A DNA stretch of 64,000 bases from an uncultured delta proteobacterium (GTDB lineage: Bacteria; Desulfobacterota; Binatia; UBA9968). Positions within the stretch are counted from its first letter, which is position 1, and every line of letters begins with the position of its first letter. Below, in pieces: positions 38,868-48,221 of this stretch. The stretch lies in assembly GCA_963771465.1 (NCBI GenBank), contig CAVYTU010000014.1, positions 1 through 64,000 on the forward strand. Direction: 5' to 3'. Position numbers and translations under genes: made by a program. Under the pieces are notes generated by a model, which saw nothing but the letters and a program-made list of their open reading frames with translations, did no database searches and was not told the origin of the DNA.

Positions 38868-39158
38868 GTTTGTAGTCGCTGATTTTTTTGATGCTTTTTC
38901 GGCTACGCAAATCGTTTGAGCCGGCTCGGTGGGTTGGAACTCACTGACACTCTGCCTCCAGTATGAGATTTTCCATCACTTGTAGTGTCTGCCATCTGAA
39001 ACCTGGGTAGGACTCTTTGTACAGTGCAGCGTACTAGCTGAACTGGCGCGAAAAGATCGCCCGGAACTTCCCATCCGTCAGTGCCACAGAGTAACGCTAA
39101 AAGTGCCGCAAAGCAGGCTTAGGGAAGATTTCGTCTGTTGTCTGTGCCAGCAAAATAT

Positions 39159-40301
39159 CTACTTCTGTGGCAACACGTCTTTGACCAGTTTGAAGATCGG
39201 CGTCAAATCTTGGTACTCGGGCTTGGCCAGATCCAGATACTTCTTCCCATCGTCCAGACGATTGTATGGATCGACGTCGTCTTTGGGAATATCGATGCGC
39301 CGTGAGTTATGCGCGTCGGGACGGCCGAGCTTTTGTAGCGCCATCTGACCTTCGCGTGACAGCAGCCAATTGACGAGAATCTTCGCCGCGTTGGGGTGCG
39401 GCGCGCGATTGGGTATGCCGAGTGTGCCGCCGGCGGCACTCGAACTGCCGCCTTCCTTCCAATTGTCCGTGTCGAGATACCCCAGCGGCAGTTTTTGCTG
39501 GATCGCTTTTTCGACCTCGCCGCCGGCGTTGCAGCGAATACACAGCGGCAATTTTCCGGTTGAAAGCCAGTCGACCATCTGACGCGGATCGCGGCTCACG
39601 ACAATCTGCATCTCGCCGTAGAGCTTCTTGAGGAACGGCGCACCGAGCTCGGGATTATAGTAGAAAAATTGCAGCGTCGCGCCCATGCCAAAACTGGTTG
39701 GATCGAGGGACGCGATTTTGCCTTTCCACTTCGGATTGAAGAGATCCCAGAACGATTTGAATTCCGAGCGATTTGCCTGCTTGGTATTGTGGATTATTTG
39801 GCCCGACTGGGAGTTGGCGACGAAGGCGAAGATGTAGCGCTTCTCAGGATCGATATAGCGGTGCTCGCCCTCATACCATTTCGTTGCGTCCAGTACTTCC
39901 GGCAGCATCAACGCCGGCTTGATCGGCTCGAGCACCTGCGCCTTGTAGAGCGCGTCGTGTAACGTGTTGGCGCCGGAACTGACGACATCGGCAAGATATT
40001 TTTCACCGCGCCGTTCGGCGAGTATGCGCGTCGAGAGCTGATTACCAGAGGCGTGAACCGTCGCGGCTTTGATCTTGGGATACTTTCTCCTGAAGCCGTC
40101 GAGCACGCGGTCATATTCGTAGCAGCAACCATAAAGCGTTACCTGCCCCTCGGACTCGGCAGAACGCAACGTCTTATCCCACTCCGCCTGCCAATTGGAC
40201 TGCGCTGAAGAAATCTCAGCAAACAACGTCAGCAGACCAAGCAACGTCATCGACGTTAAGAACGGCATGCTCGCCCGCAGCCTAATCGCAAGAAATTTCA
40301 T
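39159..40301 (-). CDS. ABC extracellular solute-binding protein (Fe3+/thiamine-binding family)
   Basis: AEWDKTL..AESEG, DLFNPKWKGKI, RAPHPNAAK..VNWLLSREGQ. Confidence 0.88.
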   Translation of the reverse strand: MKFLAIRLRASMPFLTSMTLLGLLTLFAEISSAQSNWQAEWDKTLRSAESEGQVTLYGCCYEYDRVLDGFRRKYPKIKAATVHASGNQLSTRILAERRGEKYLADVVSSGANTLHDALYKAQVLEPIKPALMLPEVLDATKWYEGEHRYIDPEKRYIFAFVANSQSGQIIHNTKQANRSEFKSFWDLFNPKWKGKIASLDPTSFGMGATLQFFYYNPELGAPFLKKLYGEMQIVVSRDPRQMVDWLSTGKLPLCIRCNAGGEVEKAIQQKLPLGYLDTDNWKEGGSSSAAGGTLGIPNRAPHPNAAKILVNWLLSREGQMALQKLGRPDAHNSRRIDIPKDDVDPYNRLDDGKKYLDLAKPEYQDLTPIFKLVKDVLPQK

Positions 40302-40351
40302 TTGCGTCCTGAATATTGATCAGACAACTTTAGCAAAGCCGGCAACATTCC

Positions 40352-40666
40352 TCACTTGATAAACCGCTGCACCGGCATATTGCCCTGCTCAAATCGCGGG
40401 TCATAGGGCATGCCTTCACGAATCCGGGTCAGATAATTGTCGCGGTTCACGCCGAACAGCTCGTAGCGGTAGAGATGGTTGAGCAGAAATGTATGCACGC
40501 CCATCTGATAGAGTTTGCCCACTGCGCCCGCAGTCAGCGCAGCGCGCTCGTCATCGGTCAACCGGAACTCCGCGAGCACCGCTTCGGGTGCTTCCGTAAT
40601 CCGTTTGCGAAAAGCCGGATCACTGTCGGTGAGATAAAGCAGCTTGTTGACCTGATAGACACTCAT
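40352..40666 (-). CDS. LigA-like small subunit of an extradiol dioxygenase
   Basis: YQVNKLLY, FRLTDDERAAL..G.V..LY.MGVH.FLL; adjacent to the LigB-like gene. Confidence 0.8.
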   Translation of the reverse strand: MSVYQVNKLLYLTDSDPAFRKRITEAPEAVLAEFRLTDDERAALTAGAVGKLYQMGVHTFLLNHLYRYELFGVNRDNYLTRIREGMPYDPRFEQGNMPVQRFIK

Positions 40667-40680
40667 CACATTCCTCAATT

Positions 40681-40710
40681 TTTGCGTACTTTGCGTTCTT
40701 TGCGGCTAAA
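40681..40710. repeat. Three 9-nt units (TTTGCG)
   Basis: tttgcgtac tttgcgttc tttgcggct aaa between the ligB-like and ligA-like genes. Confidence 0.7.
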
Positions 40711-40727
40711 ATTTCTTTTCCCTGGCT

Positions 40728-41531
40728 CTATTCGAATTTCCAAACGGCGTAGCCGTTGCCTTCATCGGGCTGCAAAAACAGCGGCTTAGTTTTGCCCACA
40801 GCGCCGGCGACGGTGATCCAGTTGAGCAGCTCACCGCTGTTGTTGCCGGCGGCGTTGATGCGTTCTTCGGTGGCGCGCCGCGCCAGCGTCGGATATTGGC
40901 CGCGCGACATGAGCCGGGAAATCGTTTCCGCCCACTCGTTGTCGATCCAACCGCGCAGCGGTCCGCCGACGTCCATGGCGAAGCAGCCGCTGGCGATCAG
41001 CGCGATGCGCTCTTTACCTTCCCATGCGTCGATGAAACGGCGCACCATGCGGCCCAAAGCCAAACAACGAGTCGCCAATGGCAACGGCGAGGCGAAACCG
41101 TTGGTGTAGATCGGCACCACGGGCAGCCGCATATCGGGATTGAGAAAGTGCAGCGGCACGACCAACGAATGATCCAAACGCAGCTCGTGCGCCGCGGCGA
41201 GATCGAATTTTTCACCGACGCCGTATTTGAACAACGCCTTGGCGAGCGGCACATGGCCGCGCACGGTGTAGCGCGGCATCGGACACCAGGTTTCTTGCGG
41301 CCCTTGAGCTTCTTCGGCCATGCCGACGCAAAAAGACGGCAGATTGTTGTAGAAAAAGTTTACGAAATGATCGCTGTCGACCTCGATGATCAAGTCAGGC
41401 TCGGCTTTCTCGACTTGCTCGCGCACCTGCTTCATCAACGCTTCGCCTCTAGTTTTTCCCGGCGCTTGCTGCATCTCAAAAACCAGGCGAGGCGGATGCG
41501 GCACGCCGGCCGCCAATACCAATTTTGCCAT
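40728..41531 (-). CDS. LigB-like extradiol ring-cleavage dioxygenase subunit
   Basis: PHPP, SDHFVNFF..N.PSFC, LDHS..VPL, ELLNWI. Confidence 0.85.
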   Translation of the reverse strand: MAKLVLAAGVPHPPRLVFEMQQAPGKTRGEALMKQVREQVEKAEPDLIIEVDSDHFVNFFYNNLPSFCVGMAEEAQGPQETWCPMPRYTVRGHVPLAKALFKYGVGEKFDLAAAHELRLDHSLVVPLHFLNPDMRLPVVPIYTNGFASPLPLATRCLALGRMVRRFIDAWEGKERIALIASGCFAMDVGGPLRGWIDNEWAETISRLMSRGQYPTLARRATEERINAAGNNSGELLNWITVAGAVGKTKPLFLQPDEGNGYAVWKFE

Positions 41532-41687
41532 GGGATCTCCTATCTGCGAAAGATTGGCAGAAGATTTCGTCGCCCGTCTTAGCACCCGAGGCGGGCAGGG
41601 TCAATTAGTTTTCAATGGAAAACGATCGTTACTCACGGTGCCATTGATGCAGATTCATTCGGCGCTTTCTGTTATATGGGAGGGCAT

Positions 41688-42899
41688 ATGGAACGGAATC
41701 AATTTTCCCAGCTCGCCGCATGGATCACCGAGGCTGGACTCGCCGGACTGGATGAAAGCGCAACGCTGACCGGTTTTTGCGAGCGGCTTTTGGCGCTCGA
41801 CGTGGAGCTGGCGCGGGCGAATATTGTCATCGACACACTCCATCCGGTTTACCAAGGCCGTGCATTCACGTGGAAGCGCCAAACCCGAGGAACCGCACTT
41901 ACGGAATTCGGCCGCAGTGACCAGCGCGTCAACCTCTGGGAGCGCAGCCCGTTTTACAATCTGGAAGTTTCCGGTGAGACGCTCCTCAGGCGTCGCGTGA
42001 GCACTGCAACGGCTGTGGAGTTCCCGCTTTTCACAGACCTTCTCGTCGACGGTGTGACGGAATACCTCGCGATCGCCAACCGTTTTGCCGCTGAAGTGGT
42101 CATCGGCGACATGGATTGCGTTTATTCATCGTGGGCAACCGACGCGTCTGGGGGGTTCAAAGAGACCGACGTCGCCAACCTCACTCGGCTCGTGCCGCTG
42201 ATCGCGTTGACCATGAAAGCCGCTTCGTTGACCCGTATCGCCGGCACGCTGGTCGAAACTTATCTCGGCCGCGATGCCGGCCGCAAAGTCCTCGAAGGGC
42301 GCATCCAGCGCGGCGTCACCGATCGCATCGAAGCGGTCTTATGGTTCAGCGACCTGCGCAACTACACGCGCATCAGCGATTCGGCCGAACCCGAACTAAT
42401 CATTCCACTGCTCAACGAATACGCCGACGCCATCCTCTCAGCGATTCATGAGTCGGGCGGCGATGTTTTGAAATTGATGGGCGACGGCACCCTGGCTATT
42501 TTCACCGCGGACAATCGCGCCAGCGCGTGTCACGCCGCGCTCACCGCCGCAGCCGCGGCGCGCCAGTCCGTCGCGGTGGTCAACCATCGCCGCGCGGCGG
42601 AAAGCCTGCCGACGACTGATATGTACTTGGGGCTTCACGTCGGTGAAGTTTTTTACGGTAACATCGGCAGCAAAGACCGCCTCGATTTCACCGTCGTCGG
42701 TCCCGCCGTCAATGAAGTGAGCCGCATCGCCGGTCTGTGCCGCTCCGTCGATCAACCTCTGCTGATCTCCTCCGCGTTCGCGAGCGCCATCGACGAACCG
42801 AAGAATCTGCTCGTCTCGGTCGGCCGCTACGCACTGCGCGGCGTCGGCCGCCCGCAGGATCTCTACACGCTCGATCCGGAACCGGACGTGCCGGATTGA
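41688..42899 (+). CDS. Class III adenylate/guanylate cyclase, soluble
   Basis: FSDLR, VLKLMGDG, GLHVG, GNIG...RLDFTVVGPAVNEVSR; the K/D pair suggests ATP specificity. Confidence 0.92.
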   Translation: MERNQFSQLAAWITEAGLAGLDESATLTGFCERLLALDVELARANIVIDTLHPVYQGRAFTWKRQTRGTALTEFGRSDQRVNLWERSPFYNLEVSGETLLRRRVSTATAVEFPLFTDLLVDGVTEYLAIANRFAAEVVIGDMDCVYSSWATDASGGFKETDVANLTRLVPLIALTMKAASLTRIAGTLVETYLGRDAGRKVLEGRIQRGVTDRIEAVLWFSDLRNYTRISDSAEPELIIPLLNEYADAILSAIHESGGDVLKLMGDGTLAIFTADNRASACHAALTAAAAARQSVAVVNHRRAAESLPTTDMYLGLHVGEVFYGNIGSKDRLDFTVVGPAVNEVSRIAGLCRSVDQPLLISSAFASAIDEPKNLLVSVGRYALRGVGRPQDLYTLDPEPDVPD

Positions 42900-42958
42900 T
42901 TAACCTCGTAGTTAAGTTAGCGGGGGATTAGATCGAGCGATGAGAATTTTTCCAAATC

Positions 42959-43043
42959 CGCCACCCCCGAATGTTTTTATCGGGGGTCCAGACTCGGAGC
43001 CGCCTGGATTCCCGCTTAAAGCATGCGGGAATGACGGACTTCG
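42959..43043. repeat. REP-like double hairpin, copy 2
   Basis: Near-identical to 25535-25617 apart from a short central spacer. Confidence 0.92.
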
Positions 43044-43102
43044 ATGAAGGAATCGATTCTGCGGGTAAGTTTCGAGAATCGAAACTCGCAGCGATAGAAA
43101 GC

Positions 43103-44824
43103 TCAGTGGCTGCCGCAGATCACATTGAGCACCGCTTGGCGCTTTTCCTCTTTGACCACTTTGAGCGCGCGCCTGAGCGCCGGCAAAACTTCTGCCGGAT
43201 CGTCGACCATCTCGCCATAACCGCCGTGCGCTTCGACGACTTTTTCATAGCGCGGCGACGGTGCTAATTCGGTCAGCGGAAAATTTCCCGTACTCACCGC
43301 CCAGCCGTCCGGCATGACTTGTTGCGTCGCCGCCTTGGTGGAGTGCCAGATGGCGTTGTTGCAGATAATCGTGAGCATAGGAAGGTCATAGGCGTGAGAA
43401 ACGAAGTGGCAGGCGGTCGGATTGTTGAACATATAAGTGCCATCGCCCGCGGTAACGATCACAGTTTTTTCCGGCCGCGCCAGCTTCATACCCAAGCCGC
43501 CGCCGATACCCCAGCCGAGTCCGCCCGCGGGTGAGCCGCCGAAATAGCTCGCCGGCTCGCTCAAGTTGAGCACTTCGTTGCCGACGCCATGATCGCTGAG
43601 CACGAGGGTGTCTTGGTCTCGCACCTGTTCGACGCAGTGCGCCAACCAAGTATGGCTGATCGGCCTTTCATGGCTCGCGTGCTCGACTCTTTGTTTCAAC
43701 CGCTCGCGGTAGCGCTTGCGCTCGGCGCGAATTTTCTCGGCGCGCTCGCTCAACAGTTTTTCATTTCGCGGCCCGCTCATTAATTCCTGCGCGAGCAATT
43801 CGAGCGCAAGCTTGGGATCGCCGCCGATGGAAATATCTTTAGGAAAGTTGCGGATCGGAATGGCGCCGTAATTCGGGTCGCGGGCGATTTGAATGACCTT
43901 GCCGTTTTCCGGCGGCTTGCCTTGAAGCGGGTACCAAGGCACGTCGGACTCGACCACAACGACCACATCCGCGTCTTTGATATAAGGCGCCGAGCTCACA
44001 CCGAGGTAAAAATCATGGGTGTTGGGCATGCTCACGAACGGACTCGCCGGCGTCACCACAGGTGCGACCAAAGCTTCGGCGAACGAAACCATCGCGCTCA
44101 CCGCGGTAGGATCCGAACCCAAGCGGCCGGTGATAATCAGCGGATTAGTCGCGCCGCGCAAGATCTCCGCTGTGCGCTTGATCGACGCTGCGCTCGGTTG
44201 CGATGGTTCGACCTGAGCCTTGCGGTTCGGATGAATGGTGATGGAATCCATCTTCTGCGCCAGCACTTCGCGCGGCAACGTTAGATAAACCGGGCCTTGC
44301 GGCGTGCCGAGCGCCATCTCCAGCGCGCGATCGACGACAGTCTCGACTTGCTCGCCGTTGCGCAACTCGTAATCCCACCGAGTAAACTCGCGCAGCAGAC
44401 TTCCTTGATCGAACGACTCCTGCCCCCAATGGATGAAATTGCTCCGGCTCCCGACAAAGCCTTCCTCAGTTAACGGTGTCCTACCGGCGGAAAAAATCAT
44501 CGGCACATTGAGACGCGAAGCGTTCATGATCGCCGCCGATGCGTTGCCGGTGCCAACGATCACATGCACCATCACCACCTGCGGCTCGCCGGTAAGCATC
44601 GCATAACCCTGCGCCATGCTGACAGCGACAAACTCATGCGGCACCGTGATCGGCATCGGATGCAGTTTTTTCTCCGCGCCAAACTTCGCCAAAGCATCGA
44701 TAACCGGCCCAAAGTCGGTGCCGCTATTGCCAAAGAAATATTTAATCCCGCGCGCGCGCAGGACTTCTAAGTAAGCTTGTCCAACGGTCTCGACCTGAAC
44801 GGTTACGGTTTTGTTCGTGTCCAT
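43103..44824 (-). CDS. Thiamine diphosphate-requiring enzyme
   Basis: NSGTDF, PHEFVA, AGDGTYMF...CNN. Confidence 0.9.
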   Translation of the reverse strand: MDTNKTVTVQVETVGQAYLEVLRARGIKYFFGNSGTDFGPVIDALAKFGAEKKLHPMPITVPHEFVAVSMAQGYAMLTGEPQVVMVHVIVGTGNASAAIMNASRLNVPMIFSAGRTPLTEEGFVGSRSNFIHWGQESFDQGSLLREFTRWDYELRNGEQVETVVDRALEMALGTPQGPVYLTLPREVLAQKMDSITIHPNRKAQVEPSQPSAASIKRTAEILRGATNPLIITGRLGSDPTAVSAMVSFAEALVAPVVTPASPFVSMPNTHDFYLGVSSAPYIKDADVVVVVESDVPWYPLQGKPPENGKVIQIARDPNYGAIPIRNFPKDISIGGDPKLALELLAQELMSGPRNEKLLSERAEKIRAERKRYRERLKQRVEHASHERPISHTWLAHCVEQVRDQDTLVLSDHGVGNEVLNLSEPASYFGGSPAGGLGWGIGGGLGMKLARPEKTVIVTAGDGTYMFNNPTACHFVSHAYDLPMLTIICNNAIWHSTKAATQQVMPDGWAVSTGNFPLTELAPSPRYEKVVEAHGGYGEMVDDPAEVLPALRRALKVVKEEKRQAVLNVICGSH

Positions 44825-45064
44825 GCAGACGCTCCTCGCGATTGGTAATGAAACGATAACCAGCTCATATATCGACCGAGCCGGTGCTGGCAAGCCGCGG
44901 GTTGTGAAACTTTCGGCTAACTTCCCAGCATCGCTTGACGGGAAACGTAGCTTGACAAGTCACAAGCGAGCGATAGAGTTTAACAACTCCTAATGAAAAT
45001 CGCGTAGAGCTGGTTGGGATAGGCGGCCAGCAACGGCGCGGCCTAAGCGGGTCACTTAATAGTT

Positions 45065-45976
45065 GTGCTATTAGTTTATATTATTATTCAGCTGCGTGGA
45101 GCATGGGAGGCTTGCCAGAGTACGCGCGGATTGACGTTGTTTGGCGTGACAATGCTTCTTGTCATGCTGCGCGTTGGCAATCCGGCTTGGGCACAGGATT
45201 CAAGTAGGGTGCCCGTCGTGATAGATGGGCAGAACGTCGGCCTTGAAATCCGTATCTACAAGCCTTCTACGGAAGGAAAGGTACCGACACTTGTCTTTAA
45301 TCATGGCTCTACCGGTACCGGTAGAGACCCGATCCTATTCACGAAGCCCGAGAGGTTTCCACAACTGGCCCGGTTCTTCGTACAGCGCGGTTGGGCCGTC
45401 GTAATGCCGTCGCGACGCGGGCGGGGAGGATCGGAAGGCGAATATGATGAGGGGTTTGCGATTGATCGCTCGCGTGGCTACACCTGTGACCCGTCGTTAT
45501 CGATTCCCGGGGCGGATCGTGCGTTGCGCGACATCGAAGCTGCGATGGGAGCGATCATAACGATGCCTTTTGTCGATGGCAATCGAGTTGTCATCGGTGG
45601 GGAATCGCGCGGAGGCATTCTCAGTGTGGCCTATGCGGGGCAGCATCCTGAGCAGGTCAAAGGAGTAATCAATTTTGTCGGCGGATGGCTAGGCTTCGGC
45701 TGCAAAACCGCCAGCACTGTCAATCAGGAGATCTTCAAACGCGGTGCCCGGTATACGGGCGACACGATCTGGCTATATGCTTACCCGGATCGGTTCTATC
45801 CAATGTTCCACAGCCGTGAGAACTTCGCTGCATTCCAGGCGGCTGGTGGCAAGGGTGTATTCCATGAGTTTCCTCCAGGTTCCGGCGGTCACGGCATCGC
45901 AGCACGTCCCGACGTCTGGACTTCTGTCCTCGACGCTTACTTGAAGCGTCGAGGTTTGGCGAACGAAGAGCGATGA
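45065..45976 (+). CDS. Exported alpha/beta hydrolase (CocE/DLH-like, Ser nucleophile); start uncertain
   Basis: FNHGSTG, RRGRGGSEG, GESRGG, GGHG. Confidence 0.82.
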   Translation: MLLVYIIIQLRGAWEACQSTRGLTLFGVTMLLVMLRVGNPAWAQDSSRVPVVIDGQNVGLEIRIYKPSTEGKVPTLVFNHGSTGTGRDPILFTKPERFPQLARFFVQRGWAVVMPSRRGRGGSEGEYDEGFAIDRSRGYTCDPSLSIPGADRALRDIEAAMGAIITMPFVDGNRVVIGGESRGGILSVAYAGQHPEQVKGVINFVGGWLGFGCKTASTVNQEIFKRGARYTGDTIWLYAYPDRFYPMFHSRENFAAFQAAGGKGVFHEFPPGSGGHGIAARPDVWTSVLDAYLKRRGLANEER

Positions 45977-46023
45977 ACAAACGCTGGACAACATTGGGAA
46001 CAAAAGGCACATTTTAGCTTCAA

Positions 46024-46084
46024 GCATAACTTCGGCTTGAGCGGACTGAACAACTTGGCGGCGCTCAGCCGCGCGTAAAGTTGC
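46024..46084 (+). mobile_element. Degenerate attC-like site
   Basis: GCATAAC (R''), GGCTTGAGCG pairs with CGCTCAGCC leaving one extra base, decayed R'. Confidence 0.45.
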
Positions 46085-46123
46085 TAAGGTTTTGGAAGAC
46101 AGAAAAGTATAAGAGGAGGTCCA

Positions 46124-46598
46124 ATGCGCAAGCGTATAATTAATCAAGATCCTCAAAATGTCTCACCCGTCGATCACAGTTGGCTAGACTCTGCAACGCC
46201 TGGCGCAAGTCGAAGTTACGTCCGAGGAGGCGGCAAACCCGATCGAGGCGGCGCTGATACCCAGTGTCGGATCAGGTTGGCGGGCGGCACAAGCCGGGGA
46301 GCAGACGATCCGCCTGCTGTTCGACGAGTCGCAGAAGGTCAGGCGCATTCAGTTACTTTTTGACGAGGATCAACAGGCGCGCACGCAAGAGTTCGTGCTG
46401 CGGTGGTCGCCGGACGCCGGTCGATCTTACCGGGAGATCGTGCGTCAGCAATATAACTTCAGTCCGCCGGGCATGACGCGCGAGTCTGAAGATTACACGG
46501 TCGATCTCGTCGGAGTGACAGCACTGGAACTACGAATCGTTCCCGACATAAGTGGCGGAGACGCCCGTGCATCGGTCGCGCAGTTACGTATCGCATAA
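46124..46598 (+). CDS. Galactose-binding-like 'carbohydrate-binding' protein, frameshift near 46190
   Basis: GAGGAGG RBS; MRKRII...WLD joins LQRLAQVEVTSEEAANPIE...GWRAAQAGEQTIRLLFD...RTQEFVLRWS...EIVRQQYNFSP. Confidence 0.75.
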
Positions 46599-46711
46599 TC
46601 TCTAGCGCTGCTTTGTAGCCGGTTTAACTCCTTCGGGCTATGGGTCTCTTACTTGTGGCGCCGATATCTTATCCGTTGCCTAACATCCGTGCCGGTTAAG
46701 CGCGACGTTAC

Positions 46712-47236
46712 CTACAAGACCGCTTCGGCCTGAAACACCACCGGCAGCCAAGTCACCGGCGTCGAATCCTGCACGCAACGGAAACCTTTCACTTCATTTT
46801 TCCAATCCGGCAAGTAACGGTGTGAGCAGTCGCATGTGTTAGCCGGACCACAGAGAGCTTTGTAGGTTTGCCCGCCGATATCGACGTCGGTCGAAGTCCA
46901 CTCCCAAATATCGCCGCGCTTTTTAAGCTTGCCGCCTTCGCATGTGGACTTCCATTCATCGACGGTCGGCAACCGGCGTCCGACGAAGCGGCAGTAGGCG
47001 TTCACATCATGAAAGTTGACGAGCACGACCGGCTCGTTTTCTTTGCCGGCAGGAAAGCTACCGTTGACCCAATATTCCGGCGCTGCATGACGCGTCGCCG
47101 CAACAAACTTCAGATACTCGCCGTTGGTGACTTCGCTGTGATCAAGCGCTGCCGCGGCGAGAAAATACATCGGCAAGAAGAACGCCCAACAACAATCTAA
47201 TGAGCTCGAACGCTTTGCTTTCAAATTCCTCACCAT
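46712..47236 (-). CDS. Minimal FGE-sulfatase (SUMF1/EgtB/PvdO) domain protein
   Basis: EVTN.EY..FV, PVVLVNFHD..AYC, RLPT.DEW, WEWT, GFRC. Confidence 0.82.
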   Translation of the reverse strand: MVRNLKAKRSSSLDCCWAFFLPMYFLAAAALDHSEVTNGEYLKFVAATRHAAPEYWVNGSFPAGKENEPVVLVNFHDVNAYCRFVGRRLPTVDEWKSTCEGGKLKKRGDIWEWTSTDVDIGGQTYKALCGPANTCDCSHRYLPDWKNEVKGFRCVQDSTPVTWLPVVFQAEAVL

Positions 47237-47238
47237 AA

Positions 47239-48204
47239 CTACTTGAGCGCTTGTTGCAGCAACGTAAAATCGGTGAGCTGCGACGGCGCGACGCCTTTGA
47301 TGCCGGCTTCCGCCAGCATCGTGGTAACGAGCGAATTCAACATCGACTCTTCCACCATGCCGTTTCTCGTGTAGTTGTTGATCGCCATCTGATAAATCTC
47401 GGCCGCCATCTCGCGATCGAGCTTTAGCCAACTCATCATCACCTGGTGCGTGCCTTCGGGATTCTCCCGCATAAAGCGCAGCGATTGGAGCAGCGCCTTG
47501 ATCACGCGCCGCACTTGATCGGGGTGATCGCGCAGTTTTGCGCTGTTGACGCCGAGCCCGCCGGCGAGCAGGCCGTGATACTCGGCGGCGTTGATCAATA
47601 GCTTGAGGCCCATCTTCTTGGCTCGATACGCCTCGCCGTAATCCATCATCGCGCTATCGATGGAACCGGAGAGCATCGCACCGATGCGCGTGCCGGTATC
47701 GACGATGCGATAGATTATGTCGCGATCCGGATCCAAACCGTTTTGCTTGAGAATAAACTTGGCCGAAATCTGCTGCGAACCGAGGAGTCCCGGGACACCC
47801 ATCGATTTTCCCTTGAGCTCGCTTACCGACTTGATCTCCTGGCGCACGACCAATCCCCAAAAGGGTTTGGTCGTGCCGAGAAACACGATGCGCACCGGCA
47901 ATCCTCTCGCCGCCGAGACAAACGTCGAGCCAGCTCTGAGTGTGTAGTCGATATTGCCGCTGGCGAGCGCGGCGCGATCGACCTCGGTGCGCGTAAGCAG
48001 CAGTTTGACATCGAGGTTCTGCTCGCGAAAAAAACCTCGTTGGCGCGCTACCTCGGCGGGCAAAAACGTTATGCTCGGGCCGGCGAAAGAAATCAGCGCT
48101 TCTTCTAACGCCAAGGCCGGCTGCGCCGAGACGAGCAAGCACATTACTTGGAGACTGAATAGTATTGCAGCCAGGAGTCGGAAAGTACGTGCGATGCCAA
48201 GCAT
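47239..48204 (-). CDS. SsuA/NMT1-type ABC substrate-binding protein
   Basis: VARQRGFFREQNLDV, ELKGKSMG, GLDPDRD. Confidence 0.88.
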   Translation of the reverse strand: MLGIARTFRLLAAILFSLQVMCLLVSAQPALALEEALISFAGPSITFLPAEVARQRGFFREQNLDVKLLLTRTEVDRAALASGNIDYTLRAGSTFVSAARGLPVRIVFLGTTKPFWGLVVRQEIKSVSELKGKSMGVPGLLGSQQISAKFILKQNGLDPDRDIIYRIVDTGTRIGAMLSGSIDSAMMDYGEAYRAKKMGLKLLINAAEYHGLLAGGLGVNSAKLRDHPDQVRRVIKALLQSLRFMRENPEGTHQVMMSWLKLDREMAAEIYQMAINNYTRNGMVEESMLNSLVTTMLAEAGIKGVAPSQLTDFTLLQQALK

Positions 48205-48221
48205 TACAACCTCCCGTCGGT

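Noticed and set aside
41688-42899. Cyclase-based anti-phage system (Pycsar/CBASS)
   Set aside because: Stand-alone class III cyclase with ATP-type residues and no effector gene nearby
24596-44979. Similar TTGACA(A)GTC.CAAGCGA strings at 24596 and 44952
   Set aside because: Short match with non-optimal -10 spacing; may be chance
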